Assembly: GCA_965240325.2 (NCBI GenBank)
Contig: OZ251246.1
Span: 1,116,001-1,180,000, forward strand
DNA length: 64,000 nucleotides
Direction of reading: 5' to 3'
Origin: Rebecca billardiae RCC1528
Lineage: Eukaryota > Protista > Haptophyta
The notes below the pieces were generated by a model, which saw only the letters and a list, made by a program, of their open reading frames with translations, was not told where the DNA came from and did no database searches. The translations under genes were made by a program, and so were the position numbers. Positions 11,591 through 24,133 of this stretch are shown here, piece after piece (position 1 is the first letter of the stretch; each line of letters opens with the position of its first letter).

Positions 11591-12499
11591 ATGTTCGCCC
11601 CGAGCGGCGCGTCGCGTGCGGACCTCGAGGCTGCGAATGAGCACATCCGCGTCGCGACGGCGGACAACGCGCGCCTGCTCGCCGAGATCTCGCAGCTCCA
11701 GGCCCAGCTCGACGCCGCGCGCAAGGCCCTCGCGGCCGCGGAGGCGGACTCCGCCGCGCAGCGCTCGCGCGCCGAGCGCGCGGAGCGTCTGCTCGCGCAC
11801 GTGCGCGCGCTGGCGCAGGGCGTGGCGGACAGCGTCGACCGTGGCGAGCCGGCGATCCCGGCGGTGCTCGGCTCCCGCGCCGCCTCGGCCGCGCTCGCCT
11901 GCGCCGCCGCATCCTCGTGTGCGCCCGCCATGCCGGCGCGCGGCCGCGCGCCGTCGGGCGCGCGCACTGCCTGGCTCGAGCCGGTCCTGGAGGCGCTGCG
12001 CGCGGAGCCGAGCGTGCTCGAGCTCGTCGGGCTGGGGCTCGCGCAGCTCCCTCGCGCGCTTCTCGACGAGCTCCCGCCGCGCGCGCTCGCGGACGGCACG
12101 GCCGGCCTCCGCTCGATCGACCTCTCCGCCAACGCACTCTCCGTGCTGCCGGAGCGGCTGCTGCAGCCGGGCGGCGGCGGCGCGGGCGGCGAGGGGCGCG
12201 CGAAGCGGGGTGTGCACGCCGCCTTCGAGCTGCTCTGCGCGCGGCGCAACCGGCTCTGCGCGCTGCCGCCCGCGCTGGGCGCGTGCGCGGTGCGCCGGCT
12301 GCTGCTCGACCACAATGAGCTGGGCGCGCTCGAGCCGCTGCCGAGGCAGCTGCGCGCGCTCTCCGCGGCGCACAACGCGCTGCGCCGCACGGTGCGGCTC
12401 GAGCTGGGCGCGGAGCTCGAGAGCGTGGTGCTCGCGCACAACCGCATCGAGGAGCTCGCCCTCGAGCACTGTGCGCTCGGCGGCGAGGCGGAGGCGGAG

Positions 12500-12532
<33 letters not shown>

Positions 12533-13715
12533 GCGGCGGCGGGCGAGGGCGAGGGCAGTGCCAACGCCGGGGGCGGCGGGCGTGGCGCCGCGCTCACCGC
12601 GGGCGCGGGCGCGGCGGGCGCGTGCGCGCTCGCGCAGCTCGACGTGCGGCACAACCGGCTGCGCGCGCTGCCCGCCGCGCTCTTTGCTCCCGCCGCTGCG
12701 CGCTCGCTCGTGCGGCTGAGCGCGTCGCACAACCGGTTGCAGGTGCTGCCGGCGGCGGTGGGCGGCCTGCGCGCGCTGCGCACGCTCGAGCTGAGCCACA
12801 ACCGGCTGAGCGCGCTGCCGGCGCAGCTGGGCGCGCTCGGCGCGCTGCGCACGCTCGACCTCTCCGCCAACCAGCTCGTGTCGCTGCCAGCGGAGCTCGG
12901 CTGCGCCGCGCAGCTCGAGAGCGTGCGCGTGCGCGCCAACCGGCTAGGCGGCGAATTGCCCGCGGAGCTGTGGCGGCTGCGGCACCTGACGGAGCTCGAC
13001 GCGTCTCGGAACTGCCTGGCCGGCCTCGGGCTGCCGATGGCGCTGACGGGGTGCCCGCTGCGCTCGCTCCGCGTGCGCGAGAACGCGCTGCGCGCGCTGC
13101 CCCCGGCCATGGCCGCGCTCGGCAGCCTCACCGAGCTCGACGTGAGCCGAAACCCGCTCGAGCATCTGGACGAGGCGTCACTGGACGCGGCGCGCTCGCG
13201 CGCGGGCGCGGGCGCGGGCGGCGCGCTCGGCGGCGCGGAGGGCGGCGGCGCGGGCGGCGTGGGCGGCGGCGCGCGCGTGCACAGCCTGGCGCGCGCGTGC
13301 CCGGCGCTGCGCGCGCTGCGCGCCTCCGGCTGCGCCCTGCGCTCCTTCCCCGCGGGGCTGAGCGCGTGCGCCGCCCTGTGCGCGCTGCAGCTGTCGGACA
13401 ACCCCGCGTTCGGCCGCGCGGCGGTGCTCGACCTGAGCCGCGCGGCGGGGGCGGAGGACGAGGCGGAGGAGCAGGGCGTGGCGGCGGAGGATGGCGGCGC
13501 GCAAGGCGCGGGCGGCGGCGGCGTGCGCGTCGCGATGAGGTGGGCGCCGCGCGCTCACTGCTCGCTGCCCGCCGCCATCCGCTGCCTTGAGCTCGCGCGC
13601 TGCGGCCTGAGCGCCGCGCACGTGCGGGCGGTGTGCCTGCTGCCGCCCGCCGCGGCCTCGCTGCAGCTGCTCGAGCTCAGCGGGAACAGCCGGCTGCTGC
13701 CGCACGCGCCCGCTG

Positions 13716-13758
<43 letters not shown>

Positions 13759-15153
13759 AGCCGGCGCGGACGGCGGTGTGCTCGAGCTGAGGCGCGCGCG
13801 CTTCGCCCGGCTGCAGCCGATCCGCCTCGGCGCGGCCGAGGGTGCGGACGGCGCGCCGCTCGCCGCGGCGTGGGCGCAGGCGGCGGGCGGCGGGCGCGGC
13901 GCGCCCCCCGAAGGCGAGCGCGTCGTGCACACCGGCGCGACGGTCCAGCTGCAGCCAGGCGGCGGCGCCGCGGGCGCGGGCGCGGGCGCGGCCGAGGGCG
14001 CGGGCGCGCTGCACCGCGTGGACGTGCTCGCCGTGCTGAGCGGCCTGGGCGGCGAGGCGGGCGCGGCCGCGTGCGCAGACGCGCTGCCGGCCGCGCTGCT
14101 GCTCGAGCTGCGTGCCGCGCTGCCCTCCGCGCTCGCGCGCCCGGCGTCGTCGGCGGCGTGCGCGCTGCAGCCGAGCGGCGCGCGCGTGGACGCGGCTGTC
14201 CGCGACGCTGTGCGCGGCGCGTTCGCCTCGGTGCACGCGCGGCTCGCGGCGGACCCGGCGTTCGGGGAGGCGGGGAGCACGGCCACCGTCCTCGTCGCGC
14301 TGTGCGCGGAGGGCGGCGGCGCGGCCGGCGGCGCGCCGCGCGTGTGGGCGGCGTGCGTGGGCGACAGCGCTGCGATCGCGACCGCCATCGGCGGCGCCGC
14401 CGCGGACGAGGAGGCGGCGGCGGCGGCGGCGGGCGATTCGGCCGACGAGGAGGAGGAGGAGGCGTCGGCTGAGGAGGAGGAGGAGGAGGAGGAGGAGGAG
14501 GAGGGCGGCGGGCGCGGCGCGGCGCGGCGCCGCAGCGCGGGCCTGCAGCTGCTTGCGCCGCCGCACCGCGCGCACGCGCGCTCCGAGGCGGCGCGGATGC
14601 GCGCCGCGCGCGACGCGCAGGGCGCGCCGCCCTCTGCGCGCTGGGCGGTCGACGACGCGGGCGGGCTGGGCGGCTGGCTGCCCACGAGCCGCGCGCTCGG
14701 CTGCGCCGCGCTGCACCCGCCGCTCTGCGCCGAGCCGGAGGTGCGCGAGCTCGACGCGCAGCTGCTCGCGCGCGGCGCGGCCAGCGGCGGCGGCTGCGCC
14801 ATCGTCGTCGGCACGCGCGGGCTGTGGGCTGCGCTCGGCCGGCGCACAGTGGCCAGGTGCGCACCGCCGCGCACCGCACGCAAGTCAGAGCGCCGAGCGC
14901 CGTGCGCGCGCGCGCGCCGCGTGACACCGCGACCCGCGCCCTCCGCGCGCGCCGCGCGCCGCCCGCCCGCAGTGCCGCGCGGGCCGCGCTCGACCCGGGC
15001 AGCGACGCGCTCGTGTCCGTGGACGCGCTGTGCGCGCGTCTGCGCGACGAGGCGGCGGCGCGCGCGCCGCAAGGCTCGGCCGCCGCCGACGTGAGCGTGC
15101 TCGCGCTCCACGTCATCACGCCGCAGCAGCTGACGCCGGAGGCTGAGGCGTAG
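11591..15153 (+). CDS. Coiled-coil + leucine-rich-repeat + PP2C-like (PHLPP-like) protein
   Basis: Exons 11591-14856 and 14973-15153 (1148 aa). Many LxxLxLSxNxLxxLP repeats. PP2C motifs GSTATV, ACVGDSAA, TSRALG, AEPEV, ADVSVLAL. Confidence 0.82.
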
Positions 15154-15531
15154 TAGACTCAGCTGCTACTCTATACTGCTGTGCGCATATGTATATATAT
15201 CCCGTCATCTGCGGTCTGGGACGCGTCCGTCCGTCTGGCGTCTCCCGCCTCTCCCGTCTCCGGAGTCCGGGCGCCGACGACTAACTACCGCAGCGGTTAT
15301 AACGACTACGTGGCAGCATCGGACAAGCGTCAGGCTAGTCAGAGTGCAACAGACACATAGAATGCGTCCGCGCCTTCCGTCCGTCCAGGTCAGACAGTGC
15401 GCCACCCGCAGCCCTGCCCCCCTACGGGCTACGGGAGCGGGGCCGGGATGGAGCACCGCCTCGGCCTGGGGCACGCGGCGGCGACGGCAGAGCCAGATGC
15501 CGCCGCGGCCGAGCGCCCGTTCCGGAGCACT

Positions 15532-15700
15532 TGGATGAGGGTGAGGTCGTAGTCGATGTCGCCGCCCGCCGACTTAGCGGCGAGCAGCTCCGGCAAGCGG
15601 CAGCCGCGGCTGTCGCCCCCGTGCGCCCGCGTGGGCGCCTGGATGAGGATGAGGTCGTAGTACGCGTCGCCGCGCGCCGGCCAAGCGGCGCGCAGCTGCA
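15532..15700. repeat. Degenerate direct repeat pair (GGATGAGG..GAGGTCGTAGT..GTCGCCGC..), probable TE/gene remnant
   Basis: Two ~58-bp similar units starting near 15532 and 15641. Confidence 0.6.
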
Positions 15701-16288
15701 GAAGAGGGGCTTGGGAAGTGAGCGCGCCGCCTAGCGCGCTCTGGGCGATGAAGCAGATGAGGTGGAATATATATATATATATATAATATATATTAACGAC
15801 GTGGTATGCAACGGGCAGGCGTCAGAGTCAGCAAGCTGTAGCAGCAGATCGAGCAGCAGAGACAAACACCAGGATCAGCGCTCCTCGCCGTCGTCCCCCC
15901 CCCTCATAGTCGCCCATCACTCCATCGCCGAGCGGAAGCTCGACGCACCGTCTATATATATTTAACGATATATTATATATATATATTATAATTATAAATA
16001 TACTTTATTGTATTATTTGTAATAATAATAATAATTTATTATTATTTATGGTCAGATCCGCCGTATGCAGATCGTCCGCCGGCCCGCGGCGGGTGCGCGC
16101 AGGCTGCCACCACCCGCCAGGCGACGGCAGACTTGCGGCGGGAGAGTGGGAGACGGCCCCGGGCCCGGCCCGGCGGCCGAAGTGCTCCTCTCTCAGTCTC
16201 TGCTCCGGCGAGACCGCGCGGTGAGACCGCCATGCCGATGGCTGCAGATGTGCGTGACTCGGAATGCTGTCAGATGTGCGCCGGCGAC

Positions 16289-19200
16289 TCAGACGCTCCA
16301 CGAGAACGCGGCGAGCGCGCCGAGCATCGCCTCGCGCGTCTTTGCGTTGAAGACGTCGATCGAGTCGTCGGGCGCGGCATCGGCGGCGCCCGCCTCCTCA
16401 GCGCCCTGCCCGGCCTGGAGGTTGTGCCGGGTGGGCCTGCCGCGCACCGAGCGGTGGAAGTGCTCGATGGCGACGAGCAGCGACGCGCGGTCGTTCTCGT
16501 CCGAGAGCCCGGCGCTGCGCACGTCGAACTCGGTGAGCAGCTTCTGCACGCGCGCGCGGTCGGTCGCGAGCGTCTGCATGAAGCGCTCGCGCTCGCGGCG
16601 CGGCAGCGTGAGCTGGAACGTGCCGCCCGGCTGCATCGAGTGTACGGCCTGCGGGCGGAGGGGGGCGCGCGCGCGCGGCGGGCGCGCGGACGGGTGCGGG
16701 CGGTTGTCGGCGCGCGCGCGCGCGGCGGCGGCGGCGGCGGCGGGTGCGCGGTGCGCGGGTGCGCGGCATGCAGGTGTGCGGGTGCGGGTGCGCGGCATGC
16801 AGGTGTGCGTGCGCGGGTGCGCGGCATGCAGGTGTGCGGGTGCGGGTGCGCGGGTGCGTGTGCGTGCGCGTGTGCGCGGTGCTTGGCCCCACCTCGTACA
16901 GGCACCACGCGCGCGTGAGGCACACGGGCGCGTCCCACGGGTCTATCACCATCACGACGTGGCCAATCAGCCGCTCGATCGGGCCGATGTGCAGCACCTC
17001 CGTCGCCTGCTCGCGCAGCCGCATGCAGAACTGGTCGACCCAGAAGAAGGTGCGGCGCGCGTCCAGCCGGTGCAGCTCGAGGTAGCACTGCAAAGACTCG
17101 ACCATGCGCGCAAACGAGCACGCGTGCGCGTGCGAGACAAAGATGGTGGCGCGGCCGGTGGCGGGGTGGCCGCCCGCGGTGGTCGTGTGCGCCACGCGCT
17201 CGCACAGCGAGTACGGCGAGTTGCCGATCAGCCCGAGCACCGTCTGCGCCGAGTCGTACGACGGCTGCTCGCGGTCCGGCACGTACATCTCCACAAACTC
17301 GAGCAGGAAGGCGAGCGAGACGCCGAGCTGCATGTGCGCGGGCACCTCGGGCGCGCCGGCGTGCGCGGTCGAGCCCGCCTTGCTGCTGCCGCCGCCGGCG
17401 GCGCCACCGACGACGACGTTGCCGTACGGCGTCGCCGGCACCCCCGCGCCGAGCGCCGCCGCCGCCGAGACGGGCTCGGTGCGCGAGGAGCGCTGCCGGC
17501 GCGCGGCCGCGACCGTGTGCACGAGCGGCCGCGCGACGGGGGCGAGCTCGGCGGCGAGCCGGAGGCAGAGGCGGCGGAAGGGCGGCTCGAACGAGACGCC
17601 GTTCATCGGCGTGAACGCGCCGATCTGCGTGCAGAGGCGCGCGGCGCGCGGCGCCGCGGTGGGAGGGGGCGGGTGCGCGCGGCCGAGCGGACGGCGCCAC
17701 AGCAGCAGCGGCAGCGGCGGGGGCAGCAGCGGCAGCAGCGGCAGCGGCGGCAGCGGCGGCAGCGGCGCGTGAGCACGGGCGAGTGCGCGCGCGCGGCGGG
17801 GGGCGAGGCGGCGCCGAGCGCTCGCGCACCTGCACGTAGCTGGCGACGTGCATGAGCGTGAACTGCACGAGGAACAGGCCGAAGCTGCGCGTCGGGTGCC
17901 ACGTCGCCCACGGAAAGAGCGCCCCTGTGAGCAGCAGCCCGACCGTGAGCAGCGCGGTCGCCTGCACGCGCGCGTTGAGCCGCAGCAGCAGCACGCCGGG
18001 CAGGTGGAGCAGCAGCGTGCGCACGCGGCGCGCGGTGAGCGCGGCGGCGATCGCGACGACCGCCGGCGTGAGGATGTACGTGAGGAACATCTTGAGCATG
18101 AAGAGCAGGAACGAGTCGCTCAGGTAGAAGGAGAGCGAGGTGACGAGGTCGAGCAGCAGCGTGCAGCACACAAACGCCAGCAGCAGCCGCCGGTACACGC
18201 CGCGCGCGAGGCGGAGGGAGGCGAGGCCGCCCGAGGACGCGGCCTGCGAGAAGTAGACTGCGGGCGGAGCGAGCGGGCGGGCGGGCGGGGGCACACGCCG
18301 GGGTGCGCGGGCCGCGCGGGACGCGATGCCGGCGTGTCGGCGCGCGGCGAGCGCCGTGCGCGCGCGCAAGCGCCTCAAGTTCGCCGCGCCGCGCCGCGCC
18401 GCGCCGCGCCGCGCCGCGCCGCGCCGCGCCGCGCACCGAGGAAGATGGCGCTGGTGACGTTGCCCAGCGCGAAGACGATGGTGAGCAGCAGCGCGCCCGT
18501 CGGGAAGTCGAGCACGCCGCGCCCCCAGTCCGGGTCCAGCGCGAGGTACACGGTGCGCACGCCGTTGGTGAGCAGCTCGACGCCCAGCAGCAGCTGCGGG
18601 ATGGACGCGCGCGGCCCGCCGTCGACGCGGACGAAGGTGTAGAGCCGCGCGGCGGCGAACTCGAGGCACGCGAGGGCCTGCAGCGTGAGCACCACCTGCA
18701 GCGCCGTGTACAGCGGCCCGTCGAAGTACGCCGCCCACAGGCTCGGCGTCGGCGCCACGCGCACGCTCAGGCGCGCGCCGCCGGCCGCCGCCTCGACGAG
18801 CGGCAGCAGCGCGCGCTGCGTCGCGTCCGCGGCGGGGAGCGCGAGGGAGCGCGTGTCGCCGACCGTGAAGTACTTCTGCGTGCGCCCCGGCGGCGCGTCG
18901 AACAGCCCCGCCGCGCCCGTGTTCACGTTGAGGAACGCGCGGCCGCCGAGGCTGGCGACCGCCCTGGCGTACAGCTCGAAGGAGCACGAGAGGTCGGGGT
19001 CGACGGCGAGCACGACCGCGCCGGCGAGCGCGCGCGTGCCGACGTAGCGCGGGGGGCACGAGCCCACGTCCCACTCCGCCGTCTTCGTGCACACCAGCGG
19101 GCCCTGCACGTCGAACGCGGCGGGCGCAAACTCGTACCGAGCGACGTCGTACGCGCGGCCGACGAGCCCCGACGGGCCGGCGAGCACGGCGAGCTGTGCG

Positions 19201-19298
19201 GCGGCGGGAGTGGCGCCGTGTAGGAGCGCCACGCACACCACGCCGCGCGCGAGCAGGCGCGGGGGGGCGCGGCGACGCCAAAACCGCGCCCGGCTCAT
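16289..19298 (-). CDS. Signal peptide - PA domain - 7TM - HET/TIR-like domain fusion protein
   Basis: Exons 19298-18437, 18257-17830, 17624-16893, 16648-16289 (793 aa, all GT-AG, frame-consistent). PA motif GAVVLAV..SCSFELYARAVASLGGRAFLNVN; seven hydrophobic helices; then ATIFVSHAH, FFWVDQFC, PWDAPVCLTRAWCLYE. Confidence 0.8.
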
Positions 19299-19815
19299 CG
19301 CGGGCCGAGCCGCGAAAACAGCCAACCCTTCTCTGGAGTACGCGTGGAGCCCCGCCCCCCCGCGCCCCCCGAACGGCTTACGACCACCGACGCCGTGCTA
19401 ATGTTACCCGCATGTATCATGACGGGTGCAATCGAACATCATCAGCAGATATCAGACAATCAATCATGCTGCAATGCCGAAACATATCATGGGGATCATC
19501 ATCCTGTATCCGCCGGACACCCTTGATCCGCCATGACGGTTATTCGGCGGATTCGTTAGTACTCATCAGTACGGCCCTTGTCACTCATCAGGCTCATCAT
19601 GCCAGTTGCCACTGCTCCTTTTCCTAGACGTGTACCGATTGCTAAAGTATGAGTACCGTGGTGCCGTTATTTAAAGTCGGATACAATCATTCGAAAGCCC
19701 TTCAGAAGGGGTTCCTAAGAGTGGTAACTGTACAGTACGGTTACTTACAACAAGTCAACAACATCACAGTTGAGAGTCATGAGTGATCCTGACAGCACTT
19801 CCCTCGGCCACGCGG

Positions 19816-19955
19816 ACGGGGTGACCCTGGCTGGTACGCACCCAGCCCGCCTTGGCGTCCGGACTCCTGGCCTCCTCCGCCGCCAAGGCGGGGTGACCAC
19901 CCTTGCCTCGGCCTGGCTGGTACGCACCCAGCCGCCTTGGCGTCGGACTCCTTCC
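19816..19955. repeat. Tandem direct repeat (CCTGGCTGGTACGCACCCAGCC..CCTTGGCGT..GGACTCCT) x2
   Basis: Two near-identical copies differing by 1-nt duplications, lying just upstream of an AAATCATAGAAT motif. Confidence 0.75.
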
Positions 19956-20298
19956 TCGCGCCTCGGCCAAGGGCGGTTGCCTCGGCCATGCAGGCGCATG
20001 GGCGCGACTCGCTACCGGAAATCATAGAATGAGTATAGGGGTAAAGTACCCTCATGTCGAAATAGCGGCATGGGGGTCATATGTATCATATACGGCCCGC
20101 CATATATATACAAGCATGTACCATAGTATGCTCCCATATTGCGCGGGTACATTTCAAATAATAGAAGCTATGACGACTGTGATAATAGCGCCTTGCCGAC
20201 CCGCCGACCGCTTAACTGCTCACAGCCGGGGGGCAAGGGCACCTTGGCGTGCGCGCGGGAGGCCGGCCGGGTCGCGCAGAGCGGCGCGCGCGCACACG

Positions 20299-21594
20299 AT
20301 GCGCATGCGGCGAAACGGCTTCGACTGGCCGCCCGACCCCCTGCAGCTCGGCTCGTGGCTGCTCTTCGCTGCGTTTGTGTGCAGCTTTGCGCTGCTCGTG
20401 CTGCTCGGGCTGCCGCACGGCGCCTCGAGCGCCTTCGCCGCGCTGTACGGCGCGAGCGCGCTGGCGGTGCTGGTGATGGCGGCAGTGACGACCGCCTCCG
20501 ACGCGAGCGACCCCCACGTGCTCGCAGCGTGCCGGCCGGGCACTGCGCCGGACGCCGCGGCGGCGTCGGCGGGCGTGCCTGCGGCCGCTCAGAGCGCGCG
20601 GTGCGGCGGCTGGATGGGCGGCGGCGGCGGCGGCGGCGGCGAGCGAGGCGGCGGCGGCGGCGAGCTGAACTACTGCTACCTCTGCCAGCTCGAGGTGCAC
20701 AAGCGCTCGAAGCACTGCAAGGTGTGCCGCAAGTGCGTCGGCGTGTTTGACCACCACTGCGTGTGGCTGAACAACTGCATCGGCGCGTCCAACTACGGCC
20801 GCTTCCTGTGCACCATCTGGAGCACGCTCGCGTTCATGACGGTGCAGCTCGCGGGGGCGGTGGTCGTGCTCGCCGCGCTGCTCTCGAGCGACGAGGCCGT
20901 GTGGCGCGCCGTCCTCTGGCGCTTCACCGCGCGGCTAGACGGCGCCGCGCTGAGCGATGAGCCCGGCGGCGCGGGCTCGGCGCCGGCCGACGGCGCGGGT
21001 GCGTGGCCCGCGGTCGCACTCGGGCGGGTGCCGTACGCGGCGTTGGTTGGTGCGCGCGGCCGCGCGGGCGTCGAGCCCGGTCCGCCACGCGCGGCACACC
21101 GCCAGCGCGCGCCGAGCGCCCTCGCTCAGCCTCGGCCGCCTCGTCACCCTCGCCGCCCCCGCCGCCCCGCCGCCCCCGCCGCCCCCCCCGCCGCGCCGCG
21201 CGCGCGCCGTGCAGCTGTGCTGCTGCTGCTGAGTCTGCCCGCGTGGCTTCTGGTCGGGCAGCTGTGCGCTTTCCACGTCGACCTCGGCCGCAAGGGCATG
21301 ACCACGTACGACTACATCGTGCAGGAGCAGGTGCGCGCGCGTGCGCGCCCCGCTGCGCCGCCGCGCGGGCCCCGCCTGCCCTGCGCACCCTCGACGAGCA
21401 TGGCCGCACTCACCGCCCCCGCCCGCCGCCCGCCGCGCGTGGCGGGTCCGTCCGTCCGCCCGCTGATCCTCAGGTCCGGCTGAACGAGCGCACCGGACCG
21501 ACGGGGCTGGACGCGCTTCTCGAGAGAGCGCACGCGATGCTCGAGCGGGCCAAAGGGGGCGCCCAGCCGCCGTCGTACGGCTCAGCCGCGACCA

Positions 21595-21636
<42 letters not shown>

Positions 21637-22052
21637 GCTCGGCGGCGCCGACTGGCGGCAGCGGCGGAGGCAGCAGTGCGCTCAACGGCTCTGTTGGCGG
21701 CCGCGCCGCCGAGCGCTACGTGGTGCGGTGCGGAGCGAGCGCCGACGACGAGGAGAGTGCGCACGGCGACGTCGAGATGACGCCGGCTCGCCCGAGCGGC
21801 GCCGCCCGCCCTGCCGCCGCCGCCGAGCCCTCTCCGCTGGAGCCGCCGCCGCCGCTGTCAGGCCAGCCGTCGCTGCCGGGCGCGGTCGAGTCGGCGTGCG
21901 GCGGCAGCGGCGGCGGCAGCGCGCCCGGCGCAGCCGAGCCGCTGGACGCGGACGCGGTCTCTCTGACGGCGGTGGCGGGCGGCAGCACCGCCACCGTCTC
22001 GACCGCCCCCCCGCGCGGCAGCAGCCAGGACGCGGAGTCCCTCGCGGCCTGA
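20299..22052 (+). CDS. DHHC palmitoyltransferase (ZDHHC1/11-like)
   Basis: Exons 20299-21049, 21215-21330, 21474-22052. MRRNGF..P..PLQ N-terminus, RSKHCKVCRKCVGVFDHHCVWLNNCIGASNY, FHV...KGMTTYDYI. Confidence 0.95.
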
Positions 22053-22673
22053 GCGGAGGGCAGCGGCAGCGGACAGACTGACTGGCTCCGCGCCGACCTG
22101 GGCTGCGCAGCAGTCAGCAACGCGCTGGATGGAGACGGGCGATGCGAGGCGTCGGAGCACGATCGGCTGAGCGCCGCGCGTGTTGGGCAGCGGCTGCCCT
22201 GCGGAGGCGGTGCTGGCGTCGGCGAGCCCAGGCGCGTGCCGCCGAGCTGACGACGCGCTTTTGCGCCACCGCCGGGCCTGCGAATTGGCCGACTGAAGGG
22301 TGACTGTCTTCCGCAACCGAACTCACTACGCAGGGCGCGCCGAACTGGCGAACAGGCGGCGCGACTACGGCGACACGGTCGGGTGGCGCTGGCGTGGCCC
22401 GATGTCGGCATTTTTTGCAGCCCACCGCCGCGCGATCGCCCTCGCCGGGCACTCGGGGGCTGGGCGGAGCCGGACCACTTGGCGCTCAGCCTCATGCCCG
22501 GTCTGGCGGTCATGGGACGTACTGCCCCGTGCGCCTGCGCCGTGTGCGTGAGCCTGCGCCGCTGTCGACGACGCTGCTGCCTGCTGCGTGTTGCTCATCG
22601 TGCGGCGCTAGTCGCTATCATCTCATCCTCCTCTGCTGAGTGCTGACGACTGAGATCAAGGCCGTAACCGTAG

Positions 22674-22674
<1 letters not shown>

Positions 22675-22740
<66 letters not shown>
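22675..22740. repeat. (TA)n microsatellite
   Basis: Perfect TA run. Confidence 0.98.
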
Positions 22741-22741
<1 letters not shown>

Positions 22742-22812
22742 CTACTTGTAACGGCCGTGGTTAGTATTAGATTTCATGCACGCGCGGCCAAAATCGTCGG
22801 ACGATCGTCCTC

Positions 22813-23895
22813 ATGGCGACACCACTCGTTGCGAGGCGGCGGCAAGCAGCTCGGCCTCGGAGGGCGTGCCGCACGACGAGGGCGCCACGCGCAAAGCCAC
22901 GGGCCGCACGTGTACGCGTGGCAGGCGCCTCCCTGGCGCTTCTCGCCGCCTCTGTCGTGACCTGTCCGCTGCGCGCGGCAGCGGCGGCATCCCTCGCGGA
23001 CGGCTGCTCACACGTGTACGTCGACGTGGGCACCAACCTGGGCGTGCAGCTGCGCAAGCTGTTCGAGCCGCAGCACTACCCGGCCAGTCTGATCGAGCCC
23101 GTGTACACGCGCTGGTTCGGCGCCCCCGACGAGCGCGCGCAGCTCGCTGCGGCCGGGCGGCTGTGCGCGTTTGGGTTTGAGCCCAACCCAGCAAACACGC
23201 TGTGGTTGACGCGGCTCGAGAGCGCGTACCGCGCGCGTGGCTGGCGGCTCACGATCTTCACCGAGCTGGCCGCCGGCACGGCGAACGGCACCGTCCAGAT
23301 CTACTACACCGGCGACCCGTGGTCCGACCTCTCCGCGTCGGCGCGCGCGACCCCAGCACTCGACGGCGTGGATCAGCGGCGGCGCAACGCTCGGTACGCG
23401 CTCAAGGCGAAGGAGACGGCGGTGTTCGACCTGCCGGCGTTCCTGCTCGAGCAGGTCTGCGCGCGGCGCATGCCGCCGCCGCTCCCCGGCGCCCCGCCCC
23501 GGCTCGGCGGTGTGCTGATGAAGCTGGACGTGGAGGGCGAGGAGCAGCGGCTGCTGCCGGAGCTCAAGCGGAGGGGCGCGCTGTGCGGGGGCGCGTGCGC
23601 GCTGGACGAGGTGTACTACGAGCTGCACTTTCACATGAACTTCACCCGGTCCGAATTTCGCGCGTACGTCTCCGCGCTCCGGACCTTCAATCAGTGGGGG
23701 AGCAGGGGCGCCGTGTTGCCGCCGACGGCGTGCAGCAACACGTCCACCAAGCTCACGCTGCTGGACGACGAGACGTACCGCTTCGACAACGGGCGCAGCG
23801 GGCTCAAGGCGCTCAAGGCGCGCGAGAAGAGCGCGCCGCCCGGCAGCCGGCGGCGCCCGCCGCTACCCTCGCCGCTGCCCTCGCCGCTGCCCTAG
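22813..23895 (+). CDS. FkbM-like SAM-dependent methyltransferase, copy 1
   Basis: VYVDVGTNLG, FGFEPNP, MKLDVEGEE, ELH motifs; N-terminal hydrophobic anchor; intronless. Confidence 0.8.
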   Translation: MATPLVARRRQAARPRRACRTTRAPRAKPRAARVRVAGASLALLAASVVTCPLRAAAAASLADGCSHVYVDVGTNLGVQLRKLFEPQHYPASLIEPVYTRWFGAPDERAQLAAAGRLCAFGFEPNPANTLWLTRLESAYRARGWRLTIFTELAAGTANGTVQIYYTGDPWSDLSASARATPALDGVDQRRRNARYALKAKETAVFDLPAFLLEQVCARRMPPPLPGAPPRLGGVLMKLDVEGEEQRLLPELKRRGALCGGACALDEVYYELHFHMNFTRSEFRAYVSALRTFNQWGSRGAVLPPTACSNTSTKLTLLDDETYRFDNGRSGLKALKAREKSAPPGSRRRPPLPSPLPSPLP

Positions 23896-24133
23896 CTGGC
23901 TAGCAGGGCCGGCGCGCTGTGATTGCTGGCGCATATGCTCATGACTGCACTCTGCAGACAGATCGACTCAGCTGATGGCGACGAACTCAGTTGACGCGAT
24001 CAATCTATGACAAGTAGTAATCGCGGCGGGCCAGACTCAAGACTGGGCGGGCGGCCATCTATCAGCATCTCATCGTGGGCGTCAACCTCGCCTTCCTGAG
24101 CTGTGTGCGTCTCTTACCGGTACAATTGGCGCG

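Noticed and set aside
16270-19281. 1003-aa ORF and many other long Arg/Ala/Pro-rich ORFs (e.g. 29646-32369, 16065-17855, 39380-41260)
   Set aside because: Off-frame or antisense shadows caused by extreme GC content; the real genes are spliced in other frames.
19400-19620. TCATG/TCATC-rich block as a MITE (similar blocks at 20040-20170 and 60720-60860)
   Set aside because: Composition suggests TE origin, but I could not define TIRs or TSDs.
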